From contig OX597823.1 in assembly GCA_951406725.2 (NCBI GenBank), forward strand, positions 44,020,001 to 44,084,000: a stretch of DNA of 64,000 nucleotides, in the 5' to 3' direction. Positions 53,786 through 64,000 of this stretch are shown piece by piece. Both the position numbers and the translations under genes were made by a program. Within the stretch, counting starts at the first letter, position 1; each line of letters starts with the position of its first letter. Below the pieces are notes generated by a model that saw only the letters and a list, made by a program, of their open reading frames with translations, was not told the origin of the DNA and made no database searches. This DNA comes from Octopus vulgaris (lineage: Eukaryota).

Positions 53786-53982
53786 TTTGTATATAAAGTA
53801 TATATTTATTTAATATCATATAACACAGAGCTCAATAATTTATGGTATAAAACAATTGTTAACTCACATAAGTCGAATATTGAAAATATGAACGCTTTTA
53901 TCTAAAAATAAAGATAAAAGCGAGATTACTAATCGAACATCTCCGATTTTCAGCATTAGGTAAGGATAACAATATATGGACA

Positions 53983-54394
53983 AGTTAAGGGTGGCGAGCT
54001 GGCAGAAATGATAGTACGCCGGGTGAAATACTAAGCAGTATTTCGTCTGCCGTTACGTTCCGAGTCCAAATTCCGTCGAGGTCGACTTTACCTTTCATCC
54101 TTTCGGGGTCGATTAAATAAGTATCAGTTACGCACTGGGGTCGATATAATCGATTTAATCCGTTTGTCTGTCCTTGTTTGTCCTCTCTGTGTTTAGCTCC
54201 TGGTGGGTAGTAAAGAAATAGGTATTTCGTCTGTCTTTACGTTCTGAGTTCAAATTCCGCCGAGGTCGACTTCCCCTTTCATCCTTTCGAGGTCGATAAA
54301 TTAAGTACCATTTGTGTACTGGGGTCGATCTAATCGGCTGGCCCTCCCTCCCTCCCTCCCCCAAAATTTTGGGTCTTGTGCTTAGAGTAAAAAG
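53983..54394 (+). mobile_element. Dimeric SINE with 12-bp TSD
   Basis: Two monomers with different tails; aatatatggaca at 53971-53982 and 54395-54406. Confidence 0.88.
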
Positions 54395-54597
54395 AATATA
54401 TGGACATAATTCAAGGCAGAAATGAGAGTAGTGGAATATTTTAGCTTATTAGTTTATATTTCTTTTTCAATTTGTTTCATGTACGGACATCGCTTTCGTT
54501 GCTCTCGATGAACTCCGAGTATATTGGGGAAAAATATTTCTATAAGCCAAACCTATATCGTTCACTTGCATTCAAGTCATTATTATCTCTTTTCCAA

Positions 54598-54950
54598 TGA
54601 AGGCGCAATGGCCCAGTGGTTAGGGCAGCGGACTCGCGGGCGTTGTGAGTGTTTTTTGAGCGAAAACACCTAAAAGCTCCACGAGGCTCCGGCAGGGGAT
54701 GGTGGTGATCCCTGCTGTACTCTTTCACCACAACTTTCTCTCACTCTTACTTCCTGTTTCTGTTGTACCTGTATTTCAAGGGGCCGGCCTTGTCACCCTC
54801 TGTGTCACGCTGAATATCCCCGAGAACTACGTTAAGGGTGCACGTGTCTGTGGAGTGCTCAGCCACTTACACGTTAATTTCACGAGCAGGCTGTTCCGTT
54901 GATTCGGATCAACCGGAACCCTCATCGTCGTAACCGACGGAGTGCTTCCA
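54598..54950 (+). mobile_element. tRNA(Arg-like) SINE, tail type A, B box deleted
   Basis: Head aggcgcaatggcccagtggttagggcagcggactcgcgg joined directly to gcgttgtgag. Confidence 0.88.
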
Positions 54951-57842
54951 TCCATTATCTCTTTTCTAGTAAATTATATTAGACTTTGCTTTGTCCAATG
55001 TTTCCATGTTTTTAAAACGTTAGAGTAAATTTTGAAGTGGTTGCCAACTTAAAACAGGTTGAATTACTACGTGGAGATTTCTATGGTGATGACTAATGTA
55101 ACGTAGAATATCTGATAAGCTGTGTGGGTAACCTGGTTTCTTATCTCAGTTCAAGTGAGTTCACATCACTTACACTACTAAATTCTTTGAGAGTTGCGCC
55201 AAAGTAAGAATTTCTCACTGTCATAAAATGTTTAAGTTTCAGGCTTATCCTAAGTGTATGAGTATGAGTATCCTAAGTGTGAGTATGAGACTGTTTATGC
55301 GTCTTTCTGTGTATGTAAATATGTATGTATATATGCCAACTGTCATGTGATCAAATGAGTTATTGATTTCTTTTCAATCAGTGACATCTACTTCCTCTTC
55401 TTGTCATATCCAAAGAAAATCTGAACTCAGCACAAGACTCGTCAAATTTATAGTGCTTCCACTGCTTCGATCGAAAGAATTTTTTCTACCCTGCGGAACC
55501 TCTTGCCATTTTATTGCCCAGTGCCATTTGCGGATTAAGTATCTTTCCTATGGACACAATGTAGAGCTAATGATAGATAGTAACTTTCTTACTCTCAGCT
55601 AGTTACACGGCGCTCTACCGATTCTGTTAACTGTAATTTCACTTACTCAGAGTATATAACGAAATAACTCTAGCGTTCCCTCTTTGAAGCGAGAAAATAT
55701 GCATGTATTTTCTTCTAACTACTGTGATTAAGTAAAGCAGTGCGCTGGCAGACTCGTTAGCATGCCGAGCAGAATGCTTCGCGGCATTTCGTCCGTTTTT
55801 ACGTTCGAATTCCGCCGAGGTTGACTTTGCCTTTTATCCTTTCTGTGTCGATAAAATAAGTATCAGTCGAGCATTGGGGCCAATGTAATCAACTAGCTCC
55901 CATCATCCCAAATTTCAGACCTTGTACCTATATTAGGAAGGATTCTTATGACTATTTTGAATATTAACAAATAGAGCAATTAGGAGTTAAAGAATAATAA
56001 TTTATAACATAAGCTTTAAGTTACATATCTGGGTGGGTGGGGAGATACAGTCGATTAAATCGATGTAAATCTTCATTGGTAATAATAGAAGGGTAAGAAG
56101 CAAAATCGACCCAGATATAATTTGAACCTAGAATGTAAATGTGTTACTAAATACCCGCAAAACATTTGCCCGGTGCTCTATTCATTCTACATTCTATCGG
56201 CCATTGAGTTAAGGAATATTAAATATTACTGATGAAAGCGTTGTTGCAGAGAGACACACCATTAAATGTTAAGATGTGAAAATCTCCCGAGTTTCTCTCT
56301 CCATGAATAAGAAACACTAACTTTTAGGTTATGATTCTTTGACATTAACTTTTAGTTTATTATGATTCCAGTGATACTTGCACGTGTTATCTTTCAGTGT
56401 GGTACTCAGGTAATGATAATACAATTTACGACAGGAATATATTTGGGTTCAATGATTGACCACATTCTTTCTATTGGAGTCGCAGTTTCACACTCATCAT
56501 TCTATTGATTAGATGTCTTAGACTATCACTGAGCAACCAGTGTCCAAGTAGTAAATATGAATCTATAGATGAAAGTCGTAAATATAAAATAAAAGAATTG
56601 AATTACATAACATATAAAGCTGCAAATATGGTCGCTTTTCATAAATATTGCGTTTATGAACGCTGAGATAGATGTGAGTAGTGGTTTGTGTGAGTAAACT
56701 AATCAGTTATGGATCTGTGGACAACAGCTGTGAGCACACGATAAAATTTAATTCAACTACCACTCTGACAGTTTTTCAATTATCTAACTCTTTCTTGGCG
56801 TTGACTAAAATTGAATTATATTTCAGCGGTTGATCTGCAAAATTGTTTGTACAATTACATAAGAAGTTCTTATCTTCCAAAAATGAACGGCTGAACATAT
56901 CTCAGATTGTTGATCAGTTATTATCCAAAGATCCGATTTTCTCCTCTTTTGAGCCTTGCCAAGAGACTTTTCTCGGAAATATGCACGAAAATTATTTGGT
57001 TTGTACAGATGAATTTACTGTGATGTTTATTTTTCTTTCGCTGTCATCAACTGAAAGCGATAATTTGTTTTGGTTTTGATTTTTGTTTCTTCTCTATATT
57101 TGTTTTTGTCTTCAGTAAAAGACGAAATGCGTATCCGCTGGGTGTACATTTTTCCAAGTTGGTAACTGATACCAATCACTCAAATCTAGTGACTCTGATT
57201 GACTTTCGTTGATGAAAGAAAATCACTTCTTTATATTCATGATCGATAGCTCTAATCCAATCAAAATTCTGTAGTTTCCTAAACATAAGAAAGTAATTAG
57301 TTTAGCCTGGAGTAAGTGAGCAGCAGCGAATATATATCTGTATGTATCTGTGACTGCGTTGTATCTGTGTGAGTACGTGCGTGTGTGTGAGTGTGTGTGT
57401 GTGTGTATGTGTGTGTGTGTGTGTGTGTGCATTAACATGTCATTATTAGAAGAGATAATTAATTAAACATTTCTTAATTAGAATGGGCTCTTGCATGTTA
57501 TCCCGAATTTTTACCATGGCATAACTTATTCTGAACAAACTAGTATTTTATTACATCGGATCAATGACAAATTATATATTAACTTAACTACTTCTCATAT
57601 ACGTGTATCAATAAATTATTCAATCAAAATTGATCTCATTTTCGTGAGATACGATCAATTGTTTCATTTGTATTGTTGATTGTAGAAGCATGTCTCTCCA
57701 AACTATACAAATAGTAGAGCTTGATCGGGTGTCCCGATAGTAATACAAAGTAGCAAAGGTCGTTCAAATTGCATACGTTGGTAGAATAAGTCTTCCTCTA
57801 AAGTAATTCTTCTTGCTGTTCTTTTTCGTTGGACGAAAATAA

Positions 57843-58670
57843 TGGATCCCGAGCAGGAAAACATACTGCGACTGAGCTCTTGATGAAGGATGGATGCAGA
57901 CTGTCAGATATTCACAAAAGGCGATAGGTTGTTTACAGAGATGATACCATTGACAACGTGTACAGTTGCAGTTAACACCCAATTTGATGTAGAGAATTTT
58001 GAAAGTCTGCTCTGATCTGCTGGAATCGTTTATAGCCGTTAAAGACACATTTTCTTCTTGATCTGGTGACAGGGGATGAAATGTGGTCGTATCTTTATGA
58101 TTCAAAAACGAAGGCTCAATCCATAGAATATCCTCACACCTCTTCATTATGGCCGAAGAAGTTCAAGAGCCAGCGATCGGCACGAAAAGTCATGGCGACT
58201 ACTTATGGAGATGATAAGGACATCATTACCTTTGGTTTTTTCGGAACATGTCTGCACTGAGAGCAGTGAGCGGTACATTGATACATTTAAAAAGTTTAGA
58301 GAAGCGATTAGAAAGAAGAGACTAGACAAGACTCTGAGAGTGACCCACAAGCTATATGGCCACACATATTTGGCAACAAATCAGGCAATCGGCTAATTGA
58401 ATTGGTCAGCGGTTTCCCCCGTGCAGATGGAATCCGTTCACTGTACAGGTCAGATCTGGTGCCCTCCAACTTCTACTCTTTCGGCCCAACGATGAACAGT
58501 CTTCGGAAACAACGATTTGACGAAAGAGGTGAGGTAAAAGAGGCTGTGAAAAAGTAGGTATAATAGTGCACTCCCGAGTTTTTTTTTTCCAAAAAGGATT
58601 TGAGAATTAGGTTCAACAATGATTCAGATGCATCACTTGTGATGGAGACTTTTGAGGACTAACTTGATAT
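57843..58670 (+). mobile_element. Highly degraded mariner transposase relic
   Basis: VTGDEMWSYLYD.KTKAQS, SARKVMAT, DLVPSNFYSFGP motifs. Confidence 0.75.
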
Positions 58671-59104
58671 AGCCGAAGAGTAATTCTACCAGCATGTGAA
58701 TTTTGAATGACTTATGTCAATTGATAAAAAAAATGTTATGCCTAGTTTTGTATCACTTTTAGTAGAGTGGATCAGTATAACTATATTAGATATGACCAAT
58801 ATAAATATGATGACTATCTATTATCTTTTACTTGTTTCAGTCATTAGACTGCGGCCATGCTGGGGCACCGCCTTGAAGAATTTTCAGTCGAACTAATCGA
58901 CCCCAGTACTTATTTTTAGTTAAGCTTGATACTTATTCTAACGATCTCTTTCGCCAAACCACTAAGTTACGGAGACGTAAACACACCTACACCGGTTGCC
59001 CAGCGGTGGTGGGAGACAAAGATACACACATACACGCGCGCGCGCGCACGTATGTGTGAATATATGTGAAGGCGCATGGCTCAGTGGTTAGAGCGTCGGG
59101 TTCA

Positions 59105-59140
<36 letters not shown>

Positions 59141-60630
59141 GTACGACGGGCTTTTTTCAGTTTGCGTTTACGAAATTCACTCACAAGGCTTTGGTCATCT
59201 CGAGGCTATAGTAGAAGACACTTGTCCAAGATACCACACAGTGAGACTGAGCCCCGGAACCATGTTCATGGGAAAGAAAATCCTTAACACACAGTCACGC
59301 CCTGTATAAATACTTTAGTTATCACTAATATAAATATATCAAAGATATTATCAGTATATCTGTTAGACTAATCTCAACTCATGTAAATTTCCACTAAATT
59401 TCAAATCTCATACTTTGAGGGACGGTGTATATTTTGTTTATGAGTTAAATATTGGAGGATGGGCAACGCTATGATCTTTCTCAGAGCCCATGTGGTTGGT
59501 GTTTTGGAAGAAGGAAGTTATCCCTAGACATATTTCTGACCGGAATGCTTGCAAGATAGTAAACCCCATTAAAGTCAACCAACAGCCAAATGACAATGCT
59601 AAGCCAGCTGATGGATTATGGGATTAAGTCTGCCAACAAAGTAGCAGCCCTTCCAACGGGATTTCGCTCAGTTTCAGTTTGTAAAGCTTAATAAAGCTTT
59701 GGTGAAACTGATAAAAGAAATTATATCCTTAAGAAACCGTACATTTGAATTGAACACGAAACCACGTACTAACGAAGTGAGCTTCTTCATCAAGCACCCT
59801 TTTCAGGAAGTCAAATTTGCGACCAGTTTTGCTTTTTCTTGATAGTTACATTGTGTGACGCTAACAATATTCCTGTGAGAGGCATGAACATCACAACATT
59901 TTTTCCTTTATAAATCTCACTTCTGTGGTCGTAAATGTTGAGATGAATTTTGTGACTTTTCAGCAATAAATTTAAAATACAGAGAAAGAAACGAACTGTA
60001 AATGAAAGAAAATAAATAATTCCGATAATATATTTCAAAATATATCGATTAATATATAAAATATAATGTAAGTTTCCGTGAGATCTAAATACGTTCAAAG
60101 CTTAAAGTTTTAACGATAACATTTAATTCGACTTTCCTGCAGCTATTAATCTGCTGCAAGCTTTTTCTGAAAAAACAAGTTGTTTAAAGAAACATAAAGT
60201 GAATTTTTTTTCCATGGAAAAAAAACGAGAGCTTAATACGGAAGAAGTAATATCTAATGATCTCGACATTTCTTACGAAATCATAATTTATTTGACTTCT
60301 AAAAACGAAAAAAAAAACATCTTAATTGAAATATCAACATAAAAATATGAGGTCTTAATTGCGTATTTATTTTACAGACTAAGATGATGTAACAGGCAGT
60401 GAGACGGATGAATCGTTAAAGCATTATATACAATACTACACAGTGTTTGATCCAACTCTGAGTGCCTTGTGTTCAAATCTTGCCGAGGTCGATTTTCTTT
60501 TTGAGGTCAATAAAATTAAGTACCACTTGAGAACTAGGGTCTATATAATCGACTGGCCTTCCCTCCTTTAAAGTTGCTAACCTTGCAACAGAATTTGAAA
60601 CATTTTAAAATTATTAATAAAGGTCCTGAT

Positions 60631-61048
60631 TGAGGCGGTGAACTGACAGAATCGTTAGTACACCAGGCGAAATGCTTGGCGTTATTTCGTCTGCCGCTAC
60701 GTTCTGAGGTCAAATTCCGCCGAGGTCGACTTTGCCTTTCATCGTCGATTAAATAAGTACCAGTTACGTAGTGGGGTCAATATAATCGACTTAATCCATT
60801 TGTCTGTCCTTGTTTGTCCCCTCTGTCTGTAGTTCCTTGTGGGCAGTGAAGAAATAAGAATCGTTAGCACGCCGAGTAAAATGCTTAGCGGCATTTCGTC
60901 CGTCTTTAGGTGCTGAGTTAAAATGCAATCGGGTTCGGCTTTGCCTTTCATCCTTTCGGGGTCGATAAAATAAGTACTAGCTGAACACTGGGATTGACTT
61001 AATACCTCCCAGGAAATTGCTGACCTTGTGCCAAAATTTGAAACTATA
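60631..61048 (+). mobile_element. Dimeric SINE (two monomers, different tails)
   Basis: Same two-monomer layout as 53983-54394. Confidence 0.8.
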
Positions 61049-61105
61049 ATTAACAAGAGCACTCAGAGAGCTCAAACCTCCGCCGAGCCTACACCAACGT
61101 CCTCG

Positions 61106-62030
61106 TTTTTTTTTTATTGCCAACAAGGGGCCAAATATAGAGACTACACAACACAAAGATAATACAATACATAAAATCGGGGAAACAAAAATATAAAAAG
61201 AAATCGAGCAAGCAAAAAAAAGAAACAAATGAAACCATGAAAATGATAAAATGAGGCGCAACGCCCACTCGACCCCCGAAGTCGAATAGTTACATTTAGT
61301 CACCATTTCGAACATTTTTCTCTCTTTTTTCTTTCCTTTTTTTAAACAAAAATTCACATTTTCATCATCATTTTTTTATATTGTTCATTTCATATACTGC
61401 AATCTTCTCAACTCCTCAAATTCCACCACGGGCGGCAGAACATCACGCAACCACAGCCCGTCAATCACACTCACCACATGAATCCATGAACACCCTGCAT
61501 CCCTCCTCATTCACCACAATACGCCTCTCACTCTCTCTGAACCTTACCCTGGGCATCCCACCCACCCACCCCACCAGTCCCCTCCACCTGGACACCCTCC
61601 CCTCCGCCCCCCCCACACACACACACTCACCTCGCAGACGCCCAAGAAGTTCCCACGTCTAACTTCCCCCTCTCCTGGTCCCATCTCCACTGCATGCGCA
61701 AGCTCAAGTTCAGGCGGTTCCCCACCCACTTGGGCGCCTCTCCGCCTCTGACGCCGGTCCCCGCGAATGCCCACCCGACTTCGCTCCCTTATCATTTTGG
61801 AGCCGACAAACCCGTCACTCTCTCCGCCGCCCTCATTCGGTCCTCCCTCGTCCTTACTTCCTCTTCTGAGTCTCTGACGCACCCCGCATCGCCCTCTCTG
61901 CCATCTCCGTCCGTCACCGCTTCAATTTTTCCCCACCCTCCACCTCTTGGTCCCCCTCCACAGTACCCCACCCCGAGCAGGCTCGCACCCGGGGCCCCGC
62001 GTCCTCACACGTCCTCCCATTCCTCACTCG
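61106..62030 (-). mobile_element. GC-rich polyadenylated retroposed insertion (LINE 3' region or processed transcript)
   Basis: Minus-strand aataaa merging into poly(A) at 61106-61118; interrupts caacgtcctcg|caacaacgagg; possible 4-bp ctcg duplication. Confidence 0.6.
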
Positions 62031-62267
62031 CAACAACGAGGTCGACGACCCCCAACAGCTACTCCGAGCGAAACTCCCCCCCCCCCCCCCACCGCAATGT
62101 TGGAGAGCATAAAATTAAAGTTGTAGTTGAGAAAAAGTTAGCTGAAATGAGGAATAGAAGCCATTTGACTACTGGAGAAGAGTAACCTGTATCATGATGA
62201 TTCGCGCGCGTATCAAAATACCAACATCATGACTGCTGCTCAGTGCTCCGTGAATTCTGTAAAGGTT

Positions 62268-62689
62268 AAAGGCGGCGAGCTGGCAGAAACGTTAGTACGC
62301 CGGGCGAAATGCTAAGCAGTATTTCGTCTGCCGCTACGTTCTGAGTTCAAATTCCGCCGAGGTCAACTTTGCCTTTCATCCTTTCGGGGTCGATTAAATA
62401 AGTACCAGTTACGCACTGGGGTCGGTATAATCGACTTAATCTGTTTGTCTGTCCTTGTTTGTCCCCTCTGTATTTATCCCCTTGTGGGTAGTAAAGTAAT
62501 AGGTATTTCGTCTGCCGTTACGTTCTGAATTCAAATTCCACCGAGGTCGACTTTGCCTTTCATCCTTTCGGGGTCGATAAATAAAGTACCAGTTACGCAC
62601 TGGGGTCGATGTAATCGACTTAATCCGTTTGTCTGTCCTTGTTTGTCCCCTCTATGTTTAGCCCCTTGTGGGCAATAAAGAAATAAATA
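62268..62689 (+). mobile_element. Dimeric SINE with 11-bp TSD
   Basis: ctgtaaaggtt at 62257-62267 and 62690-62700; two near-identical monomers. Confidence 0.92.
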
Positions 62690-62714
62690 CTGTAAAGGTT
62701 GTAAGACGTGACAT

Positions 62715-63205
62715 GGGCATAAAAATCAAGTTCCCTCAGATTGGGTGTGTCTCCAGTGACAGTGACGTCATGCTGCGCCACAGCTTTGAACAGGGCTTTT
62801 GGCTCAATTCAGGCGGCTGCGTGAAGCTGCTAGAGACTGTGATCAATCCTTAACTACAGAGGGTTGTTGATGGAAGGTCATGTATGTGGCAGCAGGATTC
62901 GGCTCCTCGCCATACCTGCGGAAAGAATCAGAAGTGGTTGTCAAAGGAATAATACGACTTTACCAGCCCCAATTTCTATCCTCCTAATTCTACCGATTGT
63001 AATCCCATGAATTACTATTTGAAGGGCGCCTTTGAAAATGACACCGACCACTCTGTCTTAATCTTGGCCACAAAGGCCGAGCTGATAGCCAAAATTAAAG
63101 AGATTTTCGAAGACCTTCCCAGGGATACAGTGAGAAACGCATGCCCCAGATTCTGGCGCCGTCTTGAAGCCGAGGTGGAAACTGAAGGCGACTCCTTTGA
63201 ATCCA
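62715..63205 (+). mobile_element. maT (DD37D-like) transposase relic
   Basis: WQQDSAPRH..PPNSTDCNPMNYY..FWRRLEAEVETEGDSFE. Confidence 0.75.
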
Positions 63206-63300
63206 GCCATAATCCAGTTGATATTTTTTACTATTTAAGATACTTTTATTTTTGAATGGCATATTGTGTCTTGTTTTAGGTTTATGTAAATTATATCTAG

Positions 63301-63600
63301 TGGCGGCGCAATGGCCCAGTGGTTAGGGCTGCGGACTCGCGGTCGGAGGATCGCGGTTTCGATTCCCAGACCGGGCGTTGTGTGTGTTTATTGAGCGAAA
63401 ACACCGACAAGCTCCACGACGCTCCGGCAGGGGGGGGCGACTCTTGTTGTTCTCTTTCGCCACAACTTTCTCTCACTCTCTCTTCCTGTTTCTTGAGTAA
63501 CGCTGCGATGGATTGGCGTCCCGTCTAGCTGGGGGAACACATACGCCACAGAAACCGAGAAACCGGGCCCATGAGCCTGGCTAGGCTTGAAAAGGGCGAC
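63301..63600 (+). mobile_element. tRNA(Arg-like) SINE, tail type B
   Basis: Same head as tail type A copies; tail gcgatggattggcgtcccgtc..gaaaccgggcccatgagcc like 46988-47285. Confidence 0.88.
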
Positions 63601-64000
63601 GTTTATCGCTTTTTTCTTAACTGTATCTAAGTGAATGTATGTATACACACACACACACACACATACATACATACAAACATACGCACACACGCATGTGTAT
63701 ATATATATATACACACACACACACAGCCTTCACTCCAAAAACATTAGTCAGCTCGGGGTTATTGCGGAAAACATTTGACCAAGGTGGTGCTGCGCAGTGG
63801 GACTGAACTGGAAATCACGTTGTTGCAAACGTACTTCTCAACCGCCCAGCTATACCTGCGCCTATTTATTTATGTATTTATCTATTTCTTACACCTGGTG
63901 GATCCCATCCTACTCCAGATAATTTATTTGTTCCAGAAAAAGGAAGACAGACAATCAGACAGGCAGAAAGAAAGAAGGAAAAAAGGAAGAGAAAGAAAAT

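Noticed and set aside
61381-62185. Pro/Ser/Gly-rich ORFs in the GC-rich insert
   Set aside because: Compositional ORFs on both strands with no recognisable motif

Overview
Repeat-saturated, AT-rich eukaryotic intergenic/intronic DNA whose SINE and microsatellite content strongly resembles an octopus (cephalopod) genome (inference). I found no convincing host protein-coding exon; nearly all long ORFs in the track are microsatellite artefacts or transposon remnants. Contents: four near-full-length mariner elements (two of one family, plus its 255-bp MITE), maT/DD37D-like Tc1-mariner relics, R4/Dong-type, RTE and CR1/Jockey-like LINE fragments, and several tRNA-derived SINE families, some as TSD-flanked dimers. 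There is also a chimeric mitochondrial insertion (cox2 3' end fused to nad5 5' end). The most interesting region is 39.2-42.2 kb. It holds a tRNA-headed (Pol III) SINE-like element carrying a minimal type I hammerhead ribozyme, present as a head-to-head inverted pair. A second, unrelated element has a hammerhead with a compensatory U3-A8 core, and a third is a terminally redundant unit with an internal tRNA-like cassette. Together these look like a cluster of Penelope/retrozyme-like non-autonomous retroelements.
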